DNA of 64,000 nt from a virus. Its lineage: Duplodnaviria > Caudoviricetes. Position 1 is the stretch's first letter, and every line of letters begins with the position of its first letter. Under the pieces are notes generated by a model. The model did no database searches. It was given only the letters and a program-made list of their open reading frames with translations, and had not been told where the DNA came from. The position numbers were made by a program, and so were the translations under genes. The DNA lies in the IMG/VR virus record IMGVR_UViG_3300035491_000281. One strand, given 5' to 3'. Shown here one piece after another: positions 37,118 through 46,053 of the stretch.

Positions 37118-38059
37118 GTGTCGATCAAGACTCGTATCTACTGCTGTGGCGGAGCTGGCACCAACCTGGGCCAACAACTGAACCCGCACTACGCCACCCA
37201 CTGCTACATCGATACCAGCCAATCCAACCGCACGGCTGGTCTGGATCTGGATCTGTGCCATTTCATCGAGGGACTGGACGGCTCGGGTAAGAACCGCCGT
37301 GAAAACTACGCCCCGATCGCCAAGGAAGTCCAAACCGTCCTGAATCGCTTCCCGGCCGGTGACTTCAATATCGTGCTGTTCTCCGCAGCCGGTGGTTCGG
37401 GGTCGGTGATCGGCCCGCTGGTACTCAAGGGTCTGCTCGAAGCAGGTTTCCCGGCGGTAGCGGTAGTCATTGGCTCGGATGACAGCGCCATCGCGGTAAC
37501 CAACACCATCAATACCCTGAAGTCGCTCGAATCCATCTCGGTGATGGCCAAGCAGCCGGTGGTGATGGCGTACCTGGAAAACACTGTTGGCGTCAGCCGT
37601 GGTCAAATCGACCAGGACGTGCTGTTCATGCTCGAAAGCCTGGGCGTGTTGACCAGCCAGGAAAACCGCGAACTGGACACCAAGGACCTGACCAACTGGG
37701 TGCAGTATCAGAAGGTCTGTGCGGCGGCTCCGCAACTCTCGGCCCTGTCGGTCTACGACAACCGCACCGATGCCTCCAGCAGCATCGAACCGATCTCGAT
37801 CGCCTCGCTCTACGCCGATCCGAGCAAGGACACCCCGTTCGGCAATCCGCACTACGCCACCGTCGGTTACCCTGAGCTCGAAGCCATGCACCTGGCCGAC
37901 CAGCTGCACTTCGTGATCAACCACGCCGACATCGAAGAAACCTTCAAGCACCTGACCGAGCGTCAGACGCAGCTCAACCGTGCGTTCAGCAGCTACCGTC
38001 AGCGCAAGGCGGTGGTGGACGTCGACGACAGCGTCACCCCGGACGGTCTGGTAATCTAA
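37118..38059 (+). CDS. phuZ: Phage tubulin PhuZ
   Basis: CCGGAGTN, IDTS, GSGKNR, GGSGS signature, ELDTKD, acidic tail VVDVDD...DGLVI; AAGGAG SD before GTG 37118. Confidence 0.92.
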   Translation: MSIKTRIYCCGGAGTNLGQQLNPHYATHCYIDTSQSNRTAGLDLDLCHFIEGLDGSGKNRRENYAPIAKEVQTVLNRFPAGDFNIVLFSAAGGSGSVIGPLVLKGLLEAGFPAVAVVIGSDDSAIAVTNTINTLKSLESISVMAKQPVVMAYLENTVGVSRGQIDQDVLFMLESLGVLTSQENRELDTKDLTNWVQYQKVCAAAPQLSALSVYDNRTDASSSIEPISIASLYADPSKDTPFGNPHYATVGYPELEAMHLADQLHFVINHADIEETFKHLTERQTQLNRAFSSYRQRKAVVDVDDSVTPDGLVI

Positions 38060-38072
38060 CCGTAGCCACTGA

Positions 38073-38100
38073 GGCCAGGGTTCGCCCTGGCCTTTTTCTT
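38073..38100 (+). terminator. Rho-independent terminator
   Basis: GGCCAGGG-TTCG-CCCTGGCC plus T-tract. Confidence 0.8.
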
Positions 38101-38119
38101 TGTCAAAGAGACTGCCAAC

Positions 38120-38548
38120 ATGTTTACCGGTATCAAACAACTTCCGCCTGGGGAGGCGCGTTGGCTTGACCAGACGGTCATGAACAACGATGAGGAAGGA
38201 CTCCGGGGTAACTGTGCCCAAGCGGCCATCGCCAGCATTCTGGCGGTACCGCTGGAGCAGGTACCGAACTTCATTGAGCTGACCGAAACTGCGACTGAGT
38301 TTTGGGACGCCATCGAAGCCTTTTTGAAAAGTCATGGTTATCTTGTGGAGTATGGCTCTGAATCCTACCGTCCCCCGATTGTCTACCTAGCCAGCGGTAC
38401 GTCCCCGCGCGGCTTGGCTCACATGGTGGTGATGTACGGCGAGGAACTGCTGCACGACCCCCACCCCTCGCGGGCGGGGCTGGTGGAGATTACCAACACT
38501 TTCATTTTAACGCCGATCGATCCGGCAGTGCGGGGAACCAGGATATGA
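38120..38548 (+). CDS. Papain-fold (C39-like) peptidase-like protein
   Basis: GNCAQAAIASIL (Cys), HMVV (His), HDPHP (Asp). Confidence 0.5.
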   Translation: MFTGIKQLPPGEARWLDQTVMNNDEEGLRGNCAQAAIASILAVPLEQVPNFIELTETATEFWDAIEAFLKSHGYLVEYGSESYRPPIVYLASGTSPRGLAHMVVMYGEELLHDPHPSRAGLVEITNTFILTPIDPAVRGTRI

Positions 38549-38811
38549 GTCAGTCAGACCACAGCAGTGAGGCATACCAGGCTGCCGTAGCTCAGGGTTT
38601 TGTGGGGACCGAATCGGAATTCAACGACTTGGTCATCAATTCGGAATACGTTGAATTTCCTATCGCTGCCGAAGCCGATAGCGCGACCGTTTACTTCAGC
38701 CAACCGACTGACACCATCCCCCTGATTTGGGCGGTGGGAACGCTGGGTATAGCAACCCTACTGGCCCACGCACTGTTCTTTGCCTGGAATCGCTGGATCG
38801 GGTTCGACTAA
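38545..38811 (+). CDS. Small C-terminally anchored membrane protein
   Basis: C-terminal hydrophobic helix. Confidence 0.5.
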   Translation: MSQSDHSSEAYQAAVAQGFVGTESEFNDLVINSEYVEFPIAAEADSATVYFSQPTDTIPLIWAVGTLGIATLLAHALFFAWNRWIGFD

Positions 38812-38820
38812 CCATAAGGG

Positions 38821-39330
38821 GTGCGCCAGATGGCCAAGTCCAAGCGTCACGAGATGGACCGCCAGCTGGCGGAGGAGCTAGGGTTGACCCTGGCGCCCTT
38901 CGTGTTGACGGTCAAACACGTCACCAAACTCCAAGGGGTGGGGAAGGGCTTCTTCTTTGCCTTCGAACACAAAGGCCAACTCTGGTATGACCGCGCCCCG
39001 GTGTGGAATGAATCGCTCGGCTGCCGGATCAAACCCGAACGCTTCTTTTTGCCCGACCTGGTTGCCAAACGACTACGTGAACACCACTACCAGAGATGGT
39101 ACTTCCACGACCACAGCTATCTCTACCCTGTACAGATGGCTAAGTTGGACAAACTCCATCAGTTGTTCTGGTTTGTACCGGACCCCGATCCCCTCTACCG
39201 CAGTGAGGTAATCTTCGAGGTGGACAAGTTTCAGCTGCGCCGTAAAGCCCTGCGTAGTGCCCAAGCCCCCCAGCCGGGGTGGGACGATTGCGCCCCGTAC
39301 GTGGTTCGCCGCCAGCGCCAAACCGCATAG
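38821..39330 (+). CDS. Hypothetical protein
   Basis: AAGGGG SD. Confidence 0.55.
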   Translation: MRQMAKSKRHEMDRQLAEELGLTLAPFVLTVKHVTKLQGVGKGFFFAFEHKGQLWYDRAPVWNESLGCRIKPERFFLPDLVAKRLREHHYQRWYFHDHSYLYPVQMAKLDKLHQLFWFVPDPDPLYRSEVIFEVDKFQLRRKALRSAQAPQPGWDDCAPYVVRRQRQTA

Positions 39331-39366
39331 ACCCCTCCCACACGCGGGAGGGGTTTTTATGCCGTA

Positions 39367-39987
39367 CTACGGCACTAATTCCAACACGGGACGCCAGACG
39401 TAGCTGCTGCTTGAAAGGGTGGGTTGTGCACTTCCGTAATAGTTCACGTCATAGAAACCACGTATTACTACGGAAGACGTGCTACCGTGGTATTCCTGAC
39501 AAGTGGTGCCCTTAAACACCGTGGGGTTGTCTTGACCCACCCCTAGATCGGCCGCAGTGTAGTCAGCCCAAAGATCAGCCCCTAACCCAAGAGGATCTTC
39601 AGCGCTTACTCGAAAGAGTAGGTCATTCCACTCACCACCGGCGGCTGTAGAGGGGTTAGTATTACCGCCCGTTATTAACCGAACTTTGTAGGTGTGTTCT
39701 CCAATCTGTACGGTCGTGGTGCCGAATACGATCCCGAGAGAATTAAGCGTATTCCAATCAATCGAATGACGCAAGCCCCTCTTTGCCACGAAAAGGCGTC
39801 GACCCTGGTGATTGAATCCCAACCAGGGTGTAGTGTCGTCCCCAATCGGGTAGCCGGCCGACAAACCAACCGCCATGGCCAAGGCCGACCCAGTAATAAA
39901 GTCGGCAGCCTCTACCTCGCCATACCAGCCCAGTTGGTCATCGCCGGCAATTAATGTTTCTCCCGGCTTAAAAGCCTGTACACCCAC
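39367..39987 (-). CDS. Member of the phiKZ-like paralogous virion protein family
   Basis: GWYGEV...FITG..LA..VGLS, WL.F..., W..L...G.VFG, YKVRL..GG, EWN.L, W.PVLEL. Confidence 0.7.
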   Translation of the reverse strand: MGVQAFKPGETLIAGDDQLGWYGEVEAADFITGSALAMAVGLSAGYPIGDDTTPWLGFNHQGRRLFVAKRGLRHSIDWNTLNSLGIVFGTTTVQIGEHTYKVRLITGGNTNPSTAAGGEWNDLLFRVSAEDPLGLGADLWADYTAADLGVGQDNPTVFKGTTCQEYHGSTSSVVIRGFYDVNYYGSAQPTLSSSSYVWRPVLELVP

Positions 39988-40132
39988 TGCCTCAAACCCC
40001 CGGGGGTGATGCCATCATGAATCCGCAGGGCTTTTTTCTCGATGTCAATCGAGAGCTCGCCTGCTAACAAAACCAAACTGTTGTTCTCTTGGGTGTTACC
40101 CCGTTTAAATCGAGTACGCATTATTACTTACC

Positions 40133-40930
40133 TCAAGGGGCACCAACGATGGTGCGGATGTGACGACGCCGAGCTTCGGGGTCATTAAGAACAGAGATCT
40201 TCTTCCAACGACGCAGGCCGTCACGATACATCTGATCGCTGTCAGCATAGTTCATGATGGTCTCACGGAACACCCCGAGCATTTGACCACCCGAGAGCTG
40301 CCCCTGGTCCATGATCACGAGCATGCGATTATAGATGTAGGCTTTGGTGGCCATCACGCATAGCTGCGCGAAGTCCGGAATAGCTGTGGCGCGAATGTGC
40401 GACAAGGCGTTGTCATTCCCCAGTCGTACCCGCATGAAGGCGCTGGTGTAGGGGAGGTAGACAAAACGAGCCATGATGGTGTTGTGCGCTACCAGGTTCA
40501 GGTAACTGGTCACCGCTGGCGGAATACGAGTGGCGGCATCGAGTACCTTGCGCGTCTCCGCCGACAACGGCGACTCGGTGTAATTCATGGCCATACCCAT
40601 GTTCTGGTAACCGAGGATACCGAAGTGGATCGAATAGACCTGCACGATCGGACGGTTCTGCACCACCTCATCCGGAATCTGGTAAACCACACTGTACGGG
40701 TCGACATACTCCGACCGCACCGGGTGGTCCAGCGAGATATAGGCTTCCGTCCCCCCATGTAGATCAATGTCGGTAAACACCCGGGGTTCGAGGACCATTT
40801 CTCGGATGCGGGTCTCCAGGGACACATGTCCGGGGTAGTTGGCCAGTTCCTGGGTGATGAACGTTTGGTTCAGAATTTCTAACGGGATCTGGAACCGGAT
40901 TTCATCCAGTGCCTTCGTAATAGGGTTCAT
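40133..40930 (-). CDS. Conserved core protein (phiKZ gp42-like)
   Basis: MNPITKALDEI...IP.EIL; AGGAGG SD. Confidence 0.65.
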   Translation of the reverse strand: MNPITKALDEIRFQIPLEILNQTFITQELANYPGHVSLETRIREMVLEPRVFTDIDLHGGTEAYISLDHPVRSEYVDPYSVVYQIPDEVVQNRPIVQVYSIHFGILGYQNMGMAMNYTESPLSAETRKVLDAATRIPPAVTSYLNLVAHNTIMARFVYLPYTSAFMRVRLGNDNALSHIRATAIPDFAQLCVMATKAYIYNRMLVIMDQGQLSGGQMLGVFRETIMNYADSDQMYRDGLRRWKKISVLNDPEARRRHIRTIVGAP

Positions 40931-41080
40931 AAAACCTCCTGTGAGCGCTTCTGTGAGGCGATTGGGCATCAGGGAATACTGGGCCCCCAGATACTATGAG
41001 AACGGCCCTTAGCGGGCTTAATAGAACGAGAATGAAACCTACATTATTCAGACGAGTACCATCGATTATAAGGTCGTCTT

Positions 41081-41467
41081 ATGACCCAGACCCTCACAGC
41101 CCCAGCCCAGATCTTCGTCTACGACGTCGGTCAGGTGCTCGCTCTGCTCGAACCTCAGTTGGAGATCATCGAGACGGACTACCAGGGGCGGCGCTATAAC
41201 CAAGAACACCTCATCGATCTCTTTCTCACGCTGGCCGTAGACAGTTTCGAGATCGTTACTGTGCGGGAGTTTGATGAAGCCAGCCACCCGACCGCTTTGA
41301 CCAATACCCTCCGTCAACTGGGACGGGCGATCAGCCAGCTCTGGGACCTGCTCTGGTTCCCCCCGGATTGCTCCGGATGTGAGGTGCTGCTCAAACGGGT
41401 TCGGTCGACACTCTGGGTAGTGGTGTTTGATCCTCACCGCCTGCAACCTTTCACTCGACTTTATTAA
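41081..41467 (+). CDS. Hypothetical protein
   Basis: First ORF of a tandem array upstream of the DNA polymerase. Confidence 0.5.
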   Translation: MTQTLTAPAQIFVYDVGQVLALLEPQLEIIETDYQGRRYNQEHLIDLFLTLAVDSFEIVTVREFDEASHPTALTNTLRQLGRAISQLWDLLWFPPDCSGCEVLLKRVRSTLWVVVFDPHRLQPFTRLY

Positions 41468-41474
41468 GGTGTCA

Positions 41475-42470
41475 ATGTCCATGGAACAGAGTTTTATCGT
41501 GCTGGAGACCACAGGGTATCTCAATACCCTGATCGAGGCGTCACATGATTGCGCACGCGAAACGGTCACAGCCCTGAAACCGATTACCCGGCAAGTCTTT
41601 GTCGACGGCAAAGTCGAAATCACCTACGACGATGAGGAGATTCCGCTGGAGCCGATCAAACCGCTGAGCCGACCCCGGGCCATGAAGTTGCTGGCAGCGC
41701 TGGTGGAAGAATGCGTGAGTCAGTACGTGCGTTACCGCATGGCGCGGTCACCGCTACCGGCGATCGCTGCAGCCCTGCGCGACACCGTCACCCCTAGCGG
41801 TTACGACTACGTGGTGGCGGAGCATTTCCTCTGCATGCCGGAAGTCGACAGCATGGTCATTGAGATGACCCGGCAGATCGGGTTCCACGTTGCCGAAGAC
41901 ACCTGGCGGCAGTGGGACATTGCGGCCACCCCGTACATGATCGGCCTGATTGGCGGGCAGGACTACCGCATTGCTGAATGGGAGCGGGCACACGGAGTCG
42001 ATCCGGATGAGAACATGAAGCTCACCGTGGATATCAGTGCTGTGGTCAACTACCTGCATACTCAGCTCACCGGTCATTACGGCGAAGTCGCGCGGAAGAT
42101 TCCGCTGCGGGCGGTGGTGATGGACGCAATCCATCGCCGCTTCCCAAAGGTGGAGTTCCAGCCGTTCGAAGCCGTGCCGTTTGATCTGTTCGCCAGTCTG
42201 GGGATTGAGAGTTACGAGCTCTTCTACGAGAAATTCATCCATGAAGTCATGGATGCGTTTGGCGTGACCTTCCTCCTGACCCGAATCGATCGGACCATTC
42301 ATTACCGCGCCGAGATCACGGGTAATTTTACGCTGGTGTTCTATGCTTCAGAACGCCCGAAGAACGAAGAGGCCCTGTACTTTCATGAACTCAAACAGTC
42401 CATTGAACGTGGCGACTGGGTTCCTGAGCGCGAACGCCGCCGACTCGACGACTACGAACGCACCCACTAG
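41475..42470 (+). CDS. Hypothetical protein
   Basis: AAGGTG SD; long ORF. Confidence 0.65.
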   Translation: MSMEQSFIVLETTGYLNTLIEASHDCARETVTALKPITRQVFVDGKVEITYDDEEIPLEPIKPLSRPRAMKLLAALVEECVSQYVRYRMARSPLPAIAAALRDTVTPSGYDYVVAEHFLCMPEVDSMVIEMTRQIGFHVAEDTWRQWDIAATPYMIGLIGGQDYRIAEWERAHGVDPDENMKLTVDISAVVNYLHTQLTGHYGEVARKIPLRAVVMDAIHRRFPKVEFQPFEAVPFDLFASLGIESYELFYEKFIHEVMDAFGVTFLLTRIDRTIHYRAEITGNFTLVFYASERPKNEEALYFHELKQSIERGDWVPERERRRLDDYERTH

Positions 42471-42537
42471 GGCGCTGTTCGTATTGGAGACGTGGCGCAT
42501 TCTGCAACGACACCCCGGTCTACTAGACCGGGGGTCT

Positions 42538-42888
42538 ATGCTCGGTGTACCCGAAACAGCTACCTGGGAACTACTGGCGACTTTGGCCGATATCCTGTCG
42601 GTCATGTCACCGCAGTCCGATGTTCCGGCCGATGCCCTGGACTGCATGCTCGACACCATCGGCTATCAGCAGGAACGTTATAAACAACCAGCGGACAATG
42701 TGGCCGAGGCTATGTGGCAGGTCCACACGGACGCCCTGTTGGAAACAGCACACTGCCTGCGTTTGCTGTTACCGCCGACGGCCTGTCGGTTGTACTACCA
42801 TCCCAGTCGCATCCCTGGAGTGATTCACCTTGAAGCCGATCTCTACCAATGGCGGTTACCTGACTTTGATACCGAAGCCTACGCTTAA
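42538..42888 (+). CDS. Hypothetical protein
   Basis: GGGGG SD-like sequence; start uncertain. Confidence 0.45.
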   Translation: MLGVPETATWELLATLADILSVMSPQSDVPADALDCMLDTIGYQQERYKQPADNVAEAMWQVHTDALLETAHCLRLLLPPTACRLYYHPSRIPGVIHLEADLYQWRLPDFDTEAYA

Positions 42889-43336
42889 CGGTCTGTGGGT
42901 TGTGCTACTCCCGGAGATCTTGACTCCGGAGCTTCTGGAGTTGGGGCGTTGTTTGGGCATTCCGCGCACGGAAACCCTGCGCCTGGTGGTGGATGCCGCG
43001 GATTTCCTCCTGAGCGGTGGGCCACAGCATCCTCTGACACCACCACCCATTGATTCGGTGCTGGCCCCGTTAAAAGGGGTTAGTCCTGATCCTGTTCTAC
43101 TCCATCTAAACCGCGCCCGTCTTGACTGGCAGCACTTCTGCCAGGTCGGGGAGCCTGACCTATCGCGCTGTTGGCGACTACTTTACGATGGAGTAATTAC
43201 CACCGCCTGGCGTTTGGCACAAACCGCACCGCCGGGGTGCAAGGAAATCAGTTATGTCCAAACCTCCAAAGGACGTGACCTCTTCTTACGTATCCGACAA
43301 GAAGGAACAAGTCGTGAAAGCGTTGTTGGTTTTTAA
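42830..43336 (+). CDS. Hypothetical protein
   Basis: Overlapping ORF; start uncertain. Confidence 0.4.
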   Translation: MKPISTNGGYLTLIPKPTLNGLWVVLLPEILTPELLELGRCLGIPRTETLRLVVDAADFLLSGGPQHPLTPPPIDSVLAPLKGVSPDPVLLHLNRARLDWQHFCQVGEPDLSRCWRLLYDGVITTAWRLAQTAPPGCKEISYVQTSKGRDLFLRIRQEGTSRESVVGF

Positions 43337-43766
43337 CGCCCGCCCATTGCGGGACTATTACGAACCGGCGTTTGGCTATAATGCGATCAAGGCGGCGATT
43401 GAAGTCTTTCTAAGCTATCTGCTGTTTGCGGGGTTGAGGAAAAACACCGGCATGTGTGATAGCTTGACAGACTTCGCTTATCAGCATTACCTGGATCTGG
43501 TCGAGAACGGGCAGACCGGAAGCATCTTAGATGGCACCACCGGTGAGGTAATCGGCGGTGGGTGGTTTGAGCACTACATGGAAGTGCTGGATGTGCTGGA
43601 ACGCTTTTACCGGGAAGACATGCTAAGCGCGCTGCATGCCCTGCAGCAAGATTATTCCGTTGCGCACTTACGGCTGCATCGGATCACCCACTTTCTACTT
43701 GTAGTCGAGGCGACAGGGTTCTACCTGTTACCACCACCTCAGGGGGTTAGCGACCATGCGTGGTAG
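43254..43766 (+). CDS. Hypothetical protein
   Basis: AAGGA SD. Confidence 0.55.
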   Translation: MSKPPKDVTSSYVSDKKEQVVKALLVFNARPLRDYYEPAFGYNAIKAAIEVFLSYLLFAGLRKNTGMCDSLTDFAYQHYLDLVENGQTGSILDGTTGEVIGGGWFEHYMEVLDVLERFYREDMLSALHALQQDYSVAHLRLHRITHFLLVVEATGFYLLPPPQGVSDHAW

Positions 43767-44214
43767 CTTGTTTGTTGAACGCCGCTTGTTTGAACCAGCC
43801 CTGCATCGGGTGGTCGATTGCCTGTTGGCCAACCTGGACCTGGTGGGCGTGCCGCCACCTAAGTGCCAGAGCTTCGACGAAGGCGGCATGCCGGGGTTTT
43901 TGATGACCCGCTGTTGGGAGGCATTCGCCTACTACCTGGAACAGGTCCACACCCGAGTGATGGGCGGGCCGAGCTTTGATTACCTCCTGCGTGAATACCT
44001 CATGGGTAACCATGTGGTGCCGCACCGCTACAGTGAGGTGTTGAATTTCATCGCCACCACGTTCGACCATGCCGCCCGCGAACTGAGTCCCAACCTTGCG
44101 AAGGTGGTGGACACCCTAGAGGAATACTGCGAAGAGATCTACGAGGTAACGCTCGAACCGATCGCTTCACGTAACCTCGCGTTGGTCGTGGTGGATTCAC
44201 AGCCTTATGGGTAA
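43756..44214 (+). CDS. Hypothetical protein
   Basis: Translationally coupled to its neighbours. Confidence 0.55.
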   Translation: MRGSLFVERRLFEPALHRVVDCLLANLDLVGVPPPKCQSFDEGGMPGFLMTRCWEAFAYYLEQVHTRVMGGPSFDYLLREYLMGNHVVPHRYSEVLNFIATTFDHAARELSPNLAKVVDTLEEYCEEIYEVTLEPIASRNLALVVVDSQPYG

Positions 44215-44668
44215 CGCCAGCTACCGAAGCATCGTCGCCTTTGAACGGGACGTGGTGTACCATTACCTCGGAGGGATCTTTGATCGCGCCATCGCCGCCG
44301 ACTACAACCTCGACATGGTGTGGTTCACCTACGCTGAATACCTGCAGTTGGTTTACAGTGGGTATCAGATCACCGGTAAACCCAACGTGGTCGATCAGGA
44401 TGTGGCGGCGGAGTTGGCGTACATCTATCTCTACACGCTGGTCTCTCCCGGGGTTATGTGCCGACAGTTCCAGGCACTGACTAAACACTACGAGTTTGCA
44501 ATTTTGCAGGCGATGCGGGACATGCACCAACACCAGGCGTATCTGAGTCAGGTCTTTAACCATTGGGTCAATCCACCCGCCGACGGCAAACCTCTGATCG
44601 TGTTTGAGGGGGTGAGCATGATGTCTGGTGGTGAAAACCCAACCTACTCGATTCCACTGGCCCACTAA
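44207..44668 (+). CDS. Hypothetical protein
   Basis: Translationally coupled to its neighbours. Confidence 0.55.
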   Translation: MGNASYRSIVAFERDVVYHYLGGIFDRAIAADYNLDMVWFTYAEYLQLVYSGYQITGKPNVVDQDVAAELAYIYLYTLVSPGVMCRQFQALTKHYEFAILQAMRDMHQHQAYLSQVFNHWVNPPADGKPLIVFEGVSMMSGGENPTYSIPLAH

Positions 44669-44680
44669 CTTTGACCGGGA

Positions 44681-45052
44681 GTGGTTATGGCACACGCGTT
44701 GTATGTGCACGACATCCGGGACTTCGGCTACCTTGAGGTTCCCGGCCACCCCCTGTTTGGCATCGCGCTGTCACAAGCGTTGATTCACAATTACGTGGTA
44801 TACCACTGCAAATGGGGGCAGGGTAACTTTGACACTATGGAGGACACTGAAGCATACGTCGCCTCGATCATCGAAGGTATCGACGGGTTTGACCGGTTAT
44901 CAGAGCCGTACTGTGACCGACTTTTAAACGAGGCCATCGTTTACCTGTACCGCTTCATCGACCATGCCAATTCGATTCGAGGAGCGGTCACCCACTACCT
45001 GGATGTCTACCCGCCGCGTGAAAAACAACGTCGGGTTGCCTTGATAGTGTGA
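44681..45052 (+). CDS. Hypothetical protein
   Basis: GGGAG SD. Confidence 0.55.
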   Translation: MVMAHALYVHDIRDFGYLEVPGHPLFGIALSQALIHNYVVYHCKWGQGNFDTMEDTEAYVASIIEGIDGFDRLSEPYCDRLLNEAIVYLYRFIDHANSIRGAVTHYLDVYPPREKQRRVALIV

Positions 45053-45101
45053 ACTATAATTACACCGCCTGCACTAACACCACCAAGGAAAACCCAAGCA
45101 A

Positions 45102-45461
45102 ATGCTGATCTCTCTTACGGCGGAGTTACCAACATTAGCGCAACTCATCCAGATGCTGCTGCATCACGAAACGTTGGATGTACCCTGTAGTCATTCTCTC
45201 CGTCGCCTCCTGATCAACCGGGCCCGTCGTTGGGTAGAGTTGGCCGCCCTGCCGGAATACATCGGCAGTGAGGACAGTCTTGAACTCGACGAACTCGACC
45301 CCTCGATCCGGACGCAGCTGGACTTGGTGTGTGACGAATTGGTTACCCAAGCTCTTCGGGTTGTCGATCAAATGGAACTGATCGCCGTGGTTCCTATCGA
45401 TGAGCGTGGCACTACCGTGGTACTTCTGACTCAGAACGGACTTAAGGAGTCTCAATCATGA
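45102..45461 (+). CDS. Hypothetical protein
   Basis: AAGGA SD. Confidence 0.55.
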   Translation: MLISLTAELPTLAQLIQMLLHHETLDVPCSHSLRRLLINRARRWVELAALPEYIGSEDSLELDELDPSIRTQLDLVCDELVTQALRVVDQMELIAVVPIDERGTTVVLLTQNGLKESQS

Positions 45462-45874
45462 CCTCAATCTACGACATCCAAATCGGCCAGCGCTTCTCGT
45501 TCGAAGTCTACCCCAGCGCTATTCTGGGTAACAACTTCCAAGACGTTCGCCTGGAGGGTATTGTCAGTGCCCGGACAGCCGCCGCCTACGGCGTGGACAT
45601 CCAGGCGCTGCACGCCAATGTTTACCCAACTCTGCCGGCCGGCATGGCCCCCAACGATCCCTTCCAGTACCCCTACGTACGTATCCAATACCAGAATGGG
45701 GAATACGGTGTTATCGGTATCCCGTGGATTCGTCAGGAAAGCATCCAGATCTCCCAAGGGGGTCGCATCGTGCTGATGTTCAACGACAAGACCCAAACCG
45801 ACCTGGACCGCATGCTGTTGGCCCTGTCCTCGAACGGCTTCCGTCCCGACGATGTACAGATCCTGCAGAGCTGA
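45458..45874 (+). CDS. Conserved core protein preceding the DNA polymerase (phiKZ gp49-like)
   Basis: FEVYP..ILG.F, LH..VYP.LP, IG.PWI; AAGGAG SD; synteny. Confidence 0.65.
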   Translation: MTSIYDIQIGQRFSFEVYPSAILGNNFQDVRLEGIVSARTAAAYGVDIQALHANVYPTLPAGMAPNDPFQYPYVRIQYQNGEYGVIGIPWIRQESIQISQGGRIVLMFNDKTQTDLDRMLLALSSNGFRPDDVQILQS

Positions 45875-45932
45875 GTGAAAAATAACCAGCCTGCTCGATA
45901 ATGTAGTGTACTCGTTGACACTCGTCTCTTCG

Positions 45933-45960
45933 CCGCCCTTCGGGGCGGTTTCTTTTTTTG
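45933..45960 (+). terminator. Rho-independent terminator
   Basis: CCGCCC-TTCG-GGGCGG plus T-tract. Confidence 0.8.
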
Positions 45961-46053
45961 TCTAACCCCGTCCCACCCGGACGGGCGCTATGCCGCCAAC
46001 CCCGCGGGAAGGATTACCTAGGGGGGTAATGGGATAGAGAGCAAGGAGTACCC

